64,000 bases of DNA from Escherichia phage MIZ4. The notes below the pieces were generated by a model. The model ran no database searches, had not been told where the DNA came from, and was given only the letters and a program-made list of their open reading frames with translations. The DNA lies in the sequence record OR167180; one strand, written 5' to 3'. Each line of letters opens with the position of its first letter. Position 1 is the first letter of the stretch. The position numbers and the translations under genes were made by a program. This document shows positions 8,184-17,324 of this stretch, in pieces.

Positions 8184-9082
8184 TAAAAGTCTCCGTAGTT
8201 AACCTGAAAACATTCTACACCAATTGAGCGGTACATGTCAACCACTTGATCACGGTCATCTACCGCCAAAACAACATGATAACGCGGTGCAATTTCAGAG
8301 AAGAAAATCTCTTTCTTCACTTCATGATCAGGACGACGATCATTAGTTTCACGTTGAAAGTGATCACTAGGTTCAATACCCTGTTCACGCAGCCATTGCA
8401 GAGTATCTTCTTCGCAAACATCCTCACGCCCTGAGCATGTAATGATACGATAACCATTATCACGATACAGTTTAAGCATTTCGATCACTTGCGGACGCGG
8501 TTTATCTTCTTTGACCTTTGTCCAGTCAAACGGATGACGACCGCCCTTATCCGCTAATGTCCCATCAATATCAAAGATCACTGCCTTTGGCAGCATGGTA
8601 TTCGGTTTGTATACTTCTTGACCCATATATTCCTGCATCAGATAAAATTGGTTACGCAAATGAGAAAGTGGAATTGCTTTCTCGCCGCGATAGAAATTAC
8701 GTTTCTTTAGTGTCTCAAACGGTTCATTGAACACTTGTTCAGTATACACCGCGTTAAATTCTTTTGCAAGTTCTTTATAGAATACACGATGTTTTTCTTT
8801 CAGGTTAGTATCAGAGATAATGATACTTAATCCGCGTGATAGAGTCTCACGAGCAATCATTCTCTGAATAGACTCTACCAGCTTTTCTTTTTCCTTAGTA
8901 TACTTGTATTTCAAATGTGAGTCAACACCAAACAACATAAGACGAAGGTCATCACGATTCACATTACGATAATTACTAAACCGTTTACATGTCTCCATAG
9001 CCCATGTAGTTTTACCGGACCCAGAACAACCAACGGTTAAAATCACTTCACATTTCGGCATTATTTCTCCTTCGGTTTGCAC
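8183..9082 (-). CDS. pseT: polynucleotide 5'-kinase/3'-phosphatase
   Basis: ORF track; P-loop GCSGSGKTT; HAD motif FDIDGTLA; C-terminal VECFQV..GDF like T4 Pnk. Confidence 0.92.
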   Translation of the reverse strand: MQTEGEIMPKCEVILTVGCSGSGKTTWAMETCKRFSNYRNVNRDDLRLMLFGVDSHLKYKYTKEKEKLVESIQRMIARETLSRGLSIIISDTNLKEKHRVFYKELAKEFNAVYTEQVFNEPFETLKKRNFYRGEKAIPLSHLRNQFYLMQEYMGQEVYKPNTMLPKAVIFDIDGTLADKGGRHPFDWTKVKEDKPRPQVIEMLKLYRDNGYRIITCSGREDVCEEDTLQWLREQGIEPSDHFQRETNDRRPDHEVKKEIFFSEIAPRYHVVLAVDDRDQVVDMYRSIGVECFQVNYGDF

Positions 9083-9513
9083 CGTTCCTCATTAAGTTCT
9101 TTTCGATAATAACACATGATCAACTTACTTTCAAGTGTATATCTCTTAATATCCGCAAGCCAGACTCTGAATTTTTGGGAGTCCTCCCACGACATAGAAA
9201 CTCTAGGTTTACCGTCTATTGTATCCACTTTCAGGTCAATGTCAACTTTTTCTATTGGTGCTGGTAGTGGAGGATGTAATTTCGGTTCCTGTGAATAATG
9301 GTCCATTGTACACGAAGAAAGCGCAAATACAATAGGCACAGCGAAGACATGGATTATGGCGGTCTGAAAATTCTTATGTGCTTTCTTAAACATCCAGTGT
9401 ATCACGAAAATTGAAAACACCATCAGGATAATAATGCTTGCACCTATCCACAGATAATCAACCAGATTAAAATGGCTTATCTGCTCTTGTGTAGGCAATA
9501 TTTCTATGCTCAT
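9061..9513 (-). CDS. membrane protein; possible o-spanin-like lipoprotein if an internal start is used
   Basis: ORF track; hydrophobic segments, candidate lipobox ALSSC followed by Pro-rich stretch and conserved Cys. Confidence 0.4.
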   Translation of the reverse strand: MSIEILPTQEQISHFNLVDYLWIGASIIILMVFSIFVIHWMFKKAHKNFQTAIIHVFAVPIVFALSSCTMDHYSQEPKLHPPLPAPIEKVDIDLKVDTIDGKPRVSMSWEDSQKFRVWLADIKRYTLESKLIMCYYRKELNEERCKPKEK

Positions 9514-9833
9514 TTAGTAGCCTCCTTTAATTCTTCGGTAAACTCCTTAAATGAATCATTAAGCTGTTTCTCTACCAACTTGGGTTTTTGTGCTACTACG
9601 TAGCCTCGTGTAGCGTCTTTCATTGCTTTGTTTTGTTCTTCTGTAAACTTAGTTCTTATTCCGTACATCTCCTTTTGTAGTGAGTCTACGACCTTCATCT
9701 TTTCATCGGTCTTTTTCTTATACTCTGTAAATTCCTGATTCAGTCGATCTACCTCCTTTTTATTTTCCCACCACATATTGCCACCTACCCCCAGCAACGC
9801 AGATATGATAACAATGTATATCAGCTTTGACAT
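9510..9833 (-). CDS. membrane-anchored protein with charged helical periplasmic domain; i-spanin-like
   Basis: ORF track 9510..9884 trimmed to ATG 9831-9833 (track N-terminus overlaps terminator hairpin); N-terminal TM then K/E-rich region. Confidence 0.4.
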   Translation of the reverse strand: MSKLIYIVIISALLGVGGNMWWENKKEVDRLNQEFTEYKKKTDEKMKVVDSLQKEMYGIRTKFTEEQNKAMKDATRGYVVAQKPKLVEKQLNDSFKEFTEELKEATK

Positions 9834-9852
9834 ATTACCCCCAACGACAAAA

Positions 9853-9872
9853 GGCGGGGAACTAGCCCCGCT
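9853..9872 (-). terminator. hairpin then TTTTGTCG on minus strand downstream of gene 63
   Basis: read directly. Confidence 0.4.
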
Positions 9873-9877
9873 TATTA

Positions 9878-11047
9878 TTACCAATCAATCTTATCAGCCG
9901 GAATCAGTTTCTTATAATTCCGTAGATAGTAAGTTTTCATTGAATCCAGAATACGGTCATAATCAAGACCATCAAATGCAATCATCAGACACATGAAAAT
10001 ATATGCTTGTGCATCACCATGTTTACGCGATTCGATAGTCGCATTGGACGCATATGTCTTTCTGTCTTCTCCCGCGTGTGCGTTATAAAATTCTGTTGCT
10101 GTCGTAAAGGCATTGCGAAGAATAGACCTGAATGCTTCCTCGAATAGCTCGATTCGTTCCAGTGCTTCCGGTTCTCCTTCATATGCAGCACGCAAATCAT
10201 CGGTTTCGCTTTCTACGACATAGTAGATCAGGTTATTAGGAAACATCGATGTGTTTTTAATGTTATGCACACCAATATACCATTCACTCTTCACTTTGAA
10301 CAGTTGACCGTCTTTAGTGCGTGCAACAATTCCTTCGATACCTTCTGCGGTCCGAACTTCATCAAGAATATTGCTAAAACGCGCTGAATCAACCTGTAAC
10401 GCATTTACCAGATGAGGACGTAGGATTGAATCGGCGAATAGCATTTGATGCGGTACATACTCTCCTGTGACGTTATGGCGTACATTCAGAAGTGTTAGCG
10501 ACGGTTCAGAATATTCTACAACAATTCGGTTGCTGGGTGCTGTATATTCAAAGTTGAAAGTATAATCAGACCCAATATCAGCAATCTTAGCGCGTAGATC
10601 CGCATACTTCTCGGAATACAGAAGACCGTTTGCTCTCTCTGCCTGGCTTGAGTACAAGGCCGCTTTAGACTTCAACTGAACATAGCCGTTATCAATGTAT
10701 GTGCTTACTAGACTACCGTCCATTTTGTCCATGACCATTTCCACATCTTCCGGCTTAAAGCGAGCGCGATCATTCTCACCCAAATTAAAAAACTTCTCCA
10801 TAGGACGAGATGCAATGCGGACAGGTCGGTCTTTATCATCGATTTCAAACATGATCCCGCGACACTCTAACGCATCCGGTTTATTCCATATTTCCGGTTT
10901 GCTCAAGTACAGATAACTAAAAATGCGCATACGGGTTTGCATCGCCGTAATTTCATCTTTGTAATAGAACGTATCAGATCCGTCACATAGTGCCATCAGA
11001 TTTTTGAACAATGCTAAAACTTTTTTGTTGTTTTCTTTTGTTGACAT
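9878..11047 (-). CDS. rnlA: RNA ligase 1
   Basis: ORF track; collinear with T4 gp63 (ALECRGIMFE, VRIASRPMEKFFNL, DGSLVSTY adenylation lysine motif, RKTYA). Confidence 0.92.
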   Translation of the reverse strand: MSTKENNKKVLALFKNLMALCDGSDTFYYKDEITAMQTRMRIFSYLYLSKPEIWNKPDALECRGIMFEIDDKDRPVRIASRPMEKFFNLGENDRARFKPEDVEMVMDKMDGSLVSTYIDNGYVQLKSKAALYSSQAERANGLLYSEKYADLRAKIADIGSDYTFNFEYTAPSNRIVVEYSEPSLTLLNVRHNVTGEYVPHQMLFADSILRPHLVNALQVDSARFSNILDEVRTAEGIEGIVARTKDGQLFKVKSEWYIGVHNIKNTSMFPNNLIYYVVESETDDLRAAYEGEPEALERIELFEEAFRSILRNAFTTATEFYNAHAGEDRKTYASNATIESRKHGDAQAYIFMCLMIAFDGLDYDRILDSMKTYYLRNYKKLIPADKIDW

Positions 11048-11444
11048 AATTTGTGTTCCATTCTGGTTTAAATTTGGTGATCAAAACAGGTTCTTCGATA
11101 TCGGCAGTGCTTATAATATCCTTACCCGTTGGATTCTCAATATATAACTCAAAACACTGGCGGTAATAGAATGTTACTGTCTTACCTTCCTCTAGCGCAT
11201 TATGAATATTCTTACTCTTGCGAGTATCCGCTGTTGGTGTTTGTCTGTTAATGCTAGTCCGGTAATAATTGATCCGCTTTCTGAGATTGACAGTCTGACC
11301 AATGTATACCAGTTCATCATCAACCGCAATAGCGTAAAGAACATTTAAACGGTTTTTCTGAGGCGGTAGAATCACGTCACCATCTTTACACTCTAAACAT
11401 GAATATTTAACGAATCCATAGTTTTCTATTAGCTCATTAATCAT
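10983..11444 (-). CDS. denA: endonuclease II (GIY-YIG family)
   Basis: ORF track; VLYAIAVDDELVYIGQTVNLRKRINYYRT nearly identical in pattern to T4 EndoII. Confidence 0.9.
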   Translation of the reverse strand: MINELIENYGFVKYSCLECKDGDVILPPQKNRLNVLYAIAVDDELVYIGQTVNLRKRINYYRTSINRQTPTADTRKSKNIHNALEEGKTVTFYYRQCFELYIENPTGKDIISTADIEEPVLITKFKPEWNTNYVNKRKQQKSFSIVQKSDGTM

Positions 11445-11494
11445 TATCCTTTCCTCACGTCACAACAAAGGCGGGATTTCTCCCGCCCACCTTA

Positions 11495-11893
11495 TTAACT
11501 TTCCAGAATATCGCGAGCTTCGTTACGCTCCTTGATGATTTTCAGGACAAATTCCAGTTTTTCTTTGTTTAGTGTTCCGTTTTCCATTGCTTCTTTGACG
11601 GTAAACACTCCGCCACCTTGCCCGTATACAGTGACAGTGATTTCACCTAACATCGTGGTATGAAAACCGCCAATTTTCGGTGATTCGAAAGAAACAATTA
11701 CCTCGCGGACAGTATTACCGTCGTTGATTTCTGAGAGGGTAATGTCGTTTTTGTAGGCGGTTGCTTTAACCATACGGATCAGCATAGTCTGATCTGGGGA
11801 GATGGTCATTTTGTCCATTGCATGTTGCAATGCAGCGTAACCGAAAACTTTAACGAAGTCCAGAACGTCTTTGCGAGTTTGAAATTTAATCAT
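11495..11893 (-). CDS. hypothetical protein
   Basis: ORF track; AGGAG RBS. Confidence 0.5.
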   Translation of the reverse strand: MIKFQTRKDVLDFVKVFGYAALQHAMDKMTISPDQTMLIRMVKATAYKNDITLSEINDGNTVREVIVSFESPKIGGFHTTMLGEITVTVYGQGGGVFTVKEAMENGTLNKEKLEFVLKIIKERNEARDILES

Positions 11894-11920
11894 CTTGATA
11901 CTCCTTAGTTGTTTTGGTAT

Positions 11921-11955
11921 GGGAGTATCTTACTACTCCCGTGATATGCTGTCAA
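11921..11955 (-). promoter_or_regulatory. early promoter with palindrome GGGAGTA-N6-TACTCCC
   Basis: minus TTGACA (11950-11955), N17, TAAGAT (11927-11932). Confidence 0.5.
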
Positions 11956-11963
11956 CTGCTTTT

Positions 11964-12113
11964 TTATGCAACCGCAAACATCAACATTTGAACATTCTTG
12001 GCTGTCTGGCTTTCAAAGTTCTGACATTCTTTGATAATGTCCTCTACTTTCTCGCCGGAGATCTCCGCGTAAGTTTCGATTGCCATTTTCAGTACCGCGT
12101 CAAAGTTGCTCAT
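11964..12113 (-). CDS. hypothetical small protein (49 aa), below ORF-track cutoff
   Basis: hand-translated MSNFDAVLKMAIETYAEISGEKVEDIIKECQNFESQTAKNVQMLMFAVA; AAGGAG RBS. Confidence 0.4.
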   Translation of the reverse strand: MSNFDAVLKMAIETYAEISGEKVEDIIKECQNFESQTAKNVQMLMFAVA

Positions 12114-12140
12114 TTGATTCTCCTTAAAGTGTATTTCGTT

Positions 12141-12180
12141 TCGATGGGGGTATATTACTACCCCCGTTTCATGCTGTCAA
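12141..12180 (-). promoter_or_regulatory. early promoter with palindrome GGGGGTA-N6-TACCCCC
   Basis: minus TTGACA (12175-12180), N17, TAATAT (12152-12157). Confidence 0.5.
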
Positions 12181-12399
12181 CTACTTTTTAATGACAAGTT
12201 CGAATTTTGCTACCTTGCGTCCGCGTTTATTGAAAGCAACCCACGGACGGTTTTCAATGTAGAACAATTCTTCACCAATAATGAATACTGGCTGATTGTA
12301 AAGGCGACCCATCAGGTCACGCTGGCGAATGGTAGTAGATTCGTATACTTCGCCCACTACAAAGTGTTTGTTGATAGAGTCGGTGCAAGTAAATTTCAT
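12181..12399 (-). CDS. hypothetical small protein
   Basis: ORF track. Confidence 0.45.
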   Translation of the reverse strand: MKFTCTDSINKHFVVGEVYESTTIRQRDLMGRLYNQPVFIIGEELFYIENRPWVAFNKRGRKVAKFELVIKK

Positions 12400-12422
12400 T
12401 TTGATTCTCCTTTGTTTCGTTT

Positions 12423-12461
12423 AGATGGGAGTATCTTACTACCCCCGCTATTCAGTGTCAA
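12423..12461 (-). promoter_or_regulatory. early promoter with palindrome
   Basis: minus TTGACA (12456-12461), N17, TAAGAT (12433-12438). Confidence 0.5.
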
Positions 12462-12468
12462 CTACTTT

Positions 12469-12687
12469 TTACTTGTTGTATTCATTCCACCATTGAGTGA
12501 GCTTATCAATTATTTTTGTGTTTCTATCCAACTTATCCCACCGTTTTCGAGGGTTTATCAACCGGAATAGGTAAGGTGTACTTGTTAAGTGAACTCGGTC
12601 AATGTAGTGATTGATGTACTGCTTTTCAATTCTAATTTTCATCTTTTTACGATGAAAATATGCAATGACTTGTTCTTCTGTTTCCAT
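12469..12687 (-). CDS. hypothetical small protein
   Basis: ORF track. Confidence 0.45.
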   Translation of the reverse strand: METEEQVIAYFHRKKMKIRIEKQYINHYIDRVHLTSTPYLFRLINPRKRWDKLDRNTKIIDKLTQWWNEYNK

Positions 12688-12699
12688 ATGTTCCTCCGT

Positions 12700-12740
12700 T
12701 TCGATGTGCGTATTATGCTATGGTAAGATCCTATTGTCAA
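12700..12740 (-). promoter_or_regulatory. early promoter (TTGACA-N17-CATAAT)
   Basis: read directly on minus strand. Confidence 0.4.
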
Positions 12741-12750
12741 CACCCAATAA

Positions 12751-12777
12751 CAAAAAAGTCGCCACTATGGGCGACTT
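12751..12777 (-). terminator. rho-independent terminator: hairpin agtcgcc/ggcgact plus TTTTTT (minus strand)
   Basis: read directly; downstream of CDS 12788..13264. Confidence 0.55.
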
Positions 12778-12787
12778 TGAACAAACA

Positions 12788-13264
12788 TTAATCATGACCG
12801 TGATTTGCAATATCCGCTCGCGTCTTGTCTTTGTGATTTCCTACGTCAAAGACACGATAACCATTTTCACGAAGAACTTTAATCACTTCTGGGTTATCCT
12901 CAAAGACTCCGACAACTTCATCTTTATCAAAGGATTTAATTACCTCTAATTTGATGTGATAGTCTTTACGGGAATCGGTACGGCCTCTCATAAAGATTTT
13001 ATCAAAACACACCCCGTTAGAAATTAACCAATCAATTGTTTCCATGTAAGCATGTGAACTTCGTCCGGTTAGGATGTAAATCAAATGCCCGTTGTCGGAA
13101 AGAGCATTAATAACACGAATTACATCGTAAATGGGGGAATCTCCCCCACATGCCTTGTTATATTCGATCCATGACTCGACTTTATCAAGATTTTCGGTTG
13201 GCATCTTTGCTAGTCGATGCGTTGGATCTGTGATCGTAAAATCTAAATCGACAAAATATATCAT
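12788..13264 (-). CDS. HAD-superfamily phosphatase (putative nucleotidase)
   Basis: ORF track; DLDFT motif I, ILTGRS motif II, FEDNPE motif IV. Confidence 0.55.
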   Translation of the reverse strand: MIYFVDLDFTITDPTHRLAKMPTENLDKVESWIEYNKACGGDSPIYDVIRVINALSDNGHLIYILTGRSSHAYMETIDWLISNGVCFDKIFMRGRTDSRKDYHIKLEVIKSFDKDEVVGVFEDNPEVIKVLRENGYRVFDVGNHKDKTRADIANHGHD

Positions 13265-14421
13265 AGATATTTCCCGAATCGGTTGTAGTCGTCGTCTGTT
13301 AAATCGGTATTAACCTGAGATACCAGATACATAATCTCTACTTCCTGCGCTGCATTCTGTACTTCGTCAGAGTTCAACCATTTACGCATCCACGGTAACG
13401 GATGACGACGAACACTAAACGGGCTTTTCAGTCCGGCAGCACGCATACGGGAATCTGCCAGGTATTCTACATAGGTTTTCAGAATTTCCGGTGACAGGTT
13501 AGGAATTGCCCCCATTGCGAATAGGTGGTCTACCCATTCTTTTTCTTGCTCGACAACATCCAGAAAGATTTTCGTTGCTTCGCCTTCAAGTTCTTCCGCA
13601 ATCTGTTTCCACTCATCACCATCAACCCCCGTTTGCCATTGACGAATAATGTATTGTGTTCCTTTTAAGTGAAGTTGTTCATCACGCGCAATAAATTTCA
13701 TGATCTTCGCGTTACCTTCCAGTAAACCACGTTCGGCAAAGCTGAAAGTACATGCAAAGGACACATAAAAACGGATTGCTTCCAGTGCATTTACGCAGTG
13801 TGCACACAGATAAATCGAAGCCATCAGATCTCGTTTTGTATCTTCAAAAAATCTTCTTGCATCATCTAATGCTGTCTGGTCGTCTCGTTCTTCCCAATAG
13901 CGGAGATCTTCTTTTGCATTCTCATACTTACGAATCCAATAAAGAACATCATCATAATATTTCCCGATAGATTCCGCTCGCTTCATGATAGCAGGGTTAT
14001 CGATGATCTGGTCGAACTCACTAGCCGGATCAATGAAACAGTTACGCATAATGTGTGTATAGCTTCGGCTATGAATCGTTTCGCTGAATGTCCATGTTTG
14101 CAACCATGTATCGAGAGTTGGATCAGATACAATTGGACCAAATGCTGCGGACGGTGCGCGACCTTGAATAGAATCAAGTAATGTCTGATACTTCAAGTTT
14201 TCAGTAAAGAAACGCTTTTCAACGTCACCCATATTAAGATATTGAATGCGGTCGGTTGCAAGTGAAATTTCTTCTGGACGCCAGAAAAATGACAATTGCT
14301 TTTCGATCAGTTCTTCAAATACTTGATGACGCTGAATATCATAGCGAGCGATACCCAACCCACTACCCAGAAACATCGGTTCGTTCATAATATCAACATG
14401 TTCGCGGTTAAATACGCTCAT
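13261..14421 (-). CDS. nrdB: ribonucleotide reductase small subunit (class Ia beta)
   Basis: ORF track; uninterrupted 386-aa ORF, diiron ligand patterns (E..H pairs); adjacent to nrdA. Confidence 0.9.
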   Translation of the reverse strand: MSVFNREHVDIMNEPMFLGSGLGIARYDIQRHQVFEELIEKQLSFFWRPEEISLATDRIQYLNMGDVEKRFFTENLKYQTLLDSIQGRAPSAAFGPIVSDPTLDTWLQTWTFSETIHSRSYTHIMRNCFIDPASEFDQIIDNPAIMKRAESIGKYYDDVLYWIRKYENAKEDLRYWEERDDQTALDDARRFFEDTKRDLMASIYLCAHCVNALEAIRFYVSFACTFSFAERGLLEGNAKIMKFIARDEQLHLKGTQYIIRQWQTGVDGDEWKQIAEELEGEATKIFLDVVEQEKEWVDHLFAMGAIPNLSPEILKTYVEYLADSRMRAAGLKSPFSVRRHPLPWMRKWLNSDEVQNAAQEVEIMYLVSQVNTDLTDDDYNRFGKYL

Positions 14422-14436
14422 TAATTCACCTCACTA

Positions 14437-14604
14437 TCACTTTTTAACACAAAAGAACTTAGTATTTCTGTTTACTTCGCTATCCTGCTGCAATTCCTGC
14501 ACAGCTTCAAAACAATTTTGATGTGATGAAAACTCTACGCTGGTAACAGTTCCTTTATTATATACGCCTACGCTAACGGAAAGTAATAACCATAATGTAG
14601 TCAT
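14437..14604 (-). CDS. small secreted/membrane peptide, tandem paralog of 14604..14777
   Basis: hand-translated MTTLWLLLSVSVGVYNKGTVTSVEF...FFCVKK; below ORF-track cutoff. Confidence 0.35.
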   Translation of the reverse strand: MTTLWLLLSVSVGVYNKGTVTSVEFSSHQNCFEAVQELQQDSEVNRNTKFFCVKK

Positions 14605-14777
14605 TAGTTCACCTTTTGTTTTTCAACGCAATATAGATTCATAAAGCGTTTATTGTCTTCGCTGATAATCTCGCGAGCTTTAACGCAATCCTGCTTTGTT
14701 GCAAACTCAATGCTTGACATATTTCCGTAATTATACATTGAATTGCTTATTGCAATCAATAACCATACAGTAGCCAT
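14604..14777 (-). CDS. small secreted/membrane peptide, tandem paralog of 14437..14604
   Basis: hand-translated MATVWLLIAISNSMYNYGNMSSIEF...LYCVEK. Confidence 0.35.
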   Translation of the reverse strand: MATVWLLIAISNSMYNYGNMSSIEFATKQDCVKAREIISEDNKRFMNLYCVEKQKVN

Positions 14778-14944
14778 TATCCGACAACCTCAAAACATTT
14801 ATCATCAGGAAGAATCGCCCATTCTACACCGTATTCATCCTCGACGTAGTAGCAAGTCCCATCATGTCGAGCATCATATTCATCACCAACAACAAAGCTA
14901 TCAGCTAGTTCAAAATCTACAGCAACACATTTTAATTTGGTCAT
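14777..14944 (-). CDS. hypothetical small protein (55 aa)
   Basis: ORF track 14777..15007 trimmed to internal Met (MTKLKCVAVDF...); track N-terminus lies in promoter cassette. Confidence 0.4.
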   Translation of the reverse strand: MTKLKCVAVDFELADSFVVGDEYDARHDGTCYYVEDEYGVEWAILPDDKCFEVVG

Positions 14945-14969
14945 AATAAAATCCTCACTTGTTTTTGAT

Positions 14970-15004
14970 GGTTGTATTATAGCGGGGATTTCTCCCCGCG
15001 TCAA
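14970..15004 (-). promoter_or_regulatory. early promoter, palindromic spacer GCGGGGA-N4-TCCCCGC
   Basis: minus TTGACG (14999-15004), palindromic 17-nt spacer, TATAAT (14976-14981). Confidence 0.5.
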
Positions 15005-15012
15005 CACTTATT

Positions 15013-17256
15013 TTACAGCTTGCAAGATGAGCACTCGCTAGCGTCTTCCGTACCATCAGCACCATCACGCACGTTAGCGTAATACAGGGTTTTCAGACCG
15101 TAATGTTGAGCGAACAACATATCATCTAACACATCAGCAATATCGACCTTACCAGTCTTATAAGTGCTTGGATCATAGGATGTATTGGAACTAATCGCCT
15201 GATCTACAAACTTCTGCATGATCGCTGCCAGTGTCAGATAGGGCTTGTTACCTTTCTTGATCAGTGTCCAAAGCAGGTCAATAACATCAGCATTATTCTC
15301 TACGTTCGGAATAACCTGATTAAATTGTCCTTCTTTCGATCCTTTAACCGATACAATCCCGCGAGGCGGTTCAATACCGTTTGTGCTGTTAGACACCTGA
15401 GAAGATGACTCACAGGGCATCAGCGCCGAAAGCGTACTGTTACGAATGCCATATTTTTTCAGGTCTTCGCGCAGTTCTTCCCAATCCATCTCATACACCG
15501 GATCAACCAGTTCATCTACTGTCTTTTTGTACCAGTCGATAGGAAGTTCACCGCGACCATAGCGTGTTTCGTGCATCAGTTCGCAAGCACCCTTCTCTTT
15601 AGCCAGTCGCACACTAGCCTTAATCAGAGCATATTGCAAGCGTTCAAACGTTTTATGCGTAAACTCGTTAGCGTCTTCATATGTGAAGAAATTATCTGCT
15701 AGATATGATGCAAAGTTAGTAACACCAACACCCAGAGAGCGACGTTTTTTGGCTGTCAGAGCTTGTTCTACAGGATAATCCTGATAATCTAACAGGTTGT
15801 CAAGTGCACGCACCATAACCATAGCAATGCGTTCTACTTCTTCCATATTTTCGATATCGAAATTACCTAAAACATATGCTGCCAAAGTACATAGGCTAAT
15901 TTCTGAATCATCACGACCCATCGGTTTAGTAGGCAGTGCAATTTCACAACACAGGTTAGATTGTTTAATCGGTGCTACATTACGAATAAACGCCCCGTGA
16001 TTGTTCATGTTGTCTGTGAACGTTGGGTAGATTCGACCAGTGTTAAAACGTTCAATTGCCACCGCTAAAAACAGGTCTTCGGCTTTAACACGAGTTTTAC
16101 GAACACTCGGATCTTTTTCCAGTTTTTCGTAAAGCTGGCGGAAACCTTCCTCATCTCGGAAGTACAGATCCCACAACAAGCCACCCGCAACATCTGGACT
16201 AAACAGAGTAATGTAATCCCGTTTAAGGAATCGCTCTACCATCAGGTTATTAATCTGTACGCCGTAGTCAAGATGACGAATGCGGTTATCTTCCACGCCC
16301 TTATTGTTCTTTAACACAATCAGACTTTCAAACTCTAAATGCCACATTGGGTAATAGAGTGTCGCTGCCCCGCCACGAATACCGCCTTGTGAGCATGACT
16401 TAACGGCAGTCTGAAAATGTTTCCAGAATGGGATAACGCCAGTATGACGAACTTCACCATGCCCGATCTTAGATCCTTCCGCGCGAATCATACCAGCATT
16501 GATACCGATACCAGCACGCTTGCTAATATACTTGATGATTGCATTTGCTGTTTCGTTGATGCCCTGCAATGAGTCATCACTTTCAATCACCACACACGAA
16601 CTAAATTGGCGTGTTGGGGTACGCACACCTGCCATAATCGGAGTAGGCAGAGAGATTTGCTTATTCGCAACAGCATTATAAAAATCAATCACATGTTCAA
16701 GTCGATTTTCTGTCTCTTCTTGATGCAAGCACATACCGATCAGCATATACGCAAATTGCGGTGTTTCGATGATTTTCTTAGTGCTGCGATCCTGAACAAG
16801 ATATTTCTCTTTTAACTGCATCGCACCAGCATAGGTCATTTTAAAATCAAGTTTATGGTCGATGAATTTCTCCAGATATTCCACTTCTTCACGGGAATAC
16901 TTTTGCAGAATTTCACGATCATATTTTCCGGTTGCAATATTACGCTCAATATGGCTGTAAAAATCAATCGGTTGGAATTGACCGTATACTGATTTGCGAA
17001 GCGCGAACATTGCAAGGTTACTTGCTACATATTGATAATCGGGTGTTTCTACAGTAATGTTATCTGCTGCGACCTTAATCAATACTTTCTGGATATCATT
17101 GGTAGACATACCTTCTGTCAGAAGTGGTTCAACCATATCAAACAATTCATATGGATCAACGTTATGACCTTCGGCTGCCGCTTCCAGAATTTTCATTACT
17201 TTTTCTTTTTCAAACGGAACAGTCAGGCCGGAAGACTTAACAACATTTTTAATCAT
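15013..17256 (-). CDS. nrdA: ribonucleotide reductase large subunit (class Ia alpha)
   Basis: ORF track; N-terminal ATP-cone, catalytic-site patterns, C-terminal CxxC tail (ECSSCKL). Confidence 0.95.
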   Translation of the reverse strand: MIKNVVKSSGLTVPFEKEKVMKILEAAAEGHNVDPYELFDMVEPLLTEGMSTNDIQKVLIKVAADNITVETPDYQYVASNLAMFALRKSVYGQFQPIDFYSHIERNIATGKYDREILQKYSREEVEYLEKFIDHKLDFKMTYAGAMQLKEKYLVQDRSTKKIIETPQFAYMLIGMCLHQEETENRLEHVIDFYNAVANKQISLPTPIMAGVRTPTRQFSSCVVIESDDSLQGINETANAIIKYISKRAGIGINAGMIRAEGSKIGHGEVRHTGVIPFWKHFQTAVKSCSQGGIRGGAATLYYPMWHLEFESLIVLKNNKGVEDNRIRHLDYGVQINNLMVERFLKRDYITLFSPDVAGGLLWDLYFRDEEGFRQLYEKLEKDPSVRKTRVKAEDLFLAVAIERFNTGRIYPTFTDNMNNHGAFIRNVAPIKQSNLCCEIALPTKPMGRDDSEISLCTLAAYVLGNFDIENMEEVERIAMVMVRALDNLLDYQDYPVEQALTAKKRRSLGVGVTNFASYLADNFFTYEDANEFTHKTFERLQYALIKASVRLAKEKGACELMHETRYGRGELPIDWYKKTVDELVDPVYEMDWEELREDLKKYGIRNSTLSALMPCESSSQVSNSTNGIEPPRGIVSVKGSKEGQFNQVIPNVENNADVIDLLWTLIKKGNKPYLTLAAIMQKFVDQAISSNTSYDPSTYKTGKVDIADVLDDMLFAQHYGLKTLYYANVRDGADGTEDASECSSCKL

Positions 17257-17302
17257 ATTACCTCACTTCATATTTTAGCAGGAACAAGTTTATCCTCCAT
17301 AT

Positions 17303-17318
17303 TGGGGGCTTTCGCCCC
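17303..17318 (-). promoter_or_regulatory. intercistronic hairpin GGGGGC-GAAA-GCCCCC (minus-strand sense) between td and nrdA
   Basis: perfect 6-bp GC stem with GNRA loop; same hairpin occurs on plus strand at 29188..29203. Confidence 0.4.
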
Positions 17319-17324
17319 CTTTGT

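Noticed and set aside
13261-14421. Intron or endonuclease insertion in nrdB
   Set aside because: nrdB is a single uninterrupted 386-aa ORF.
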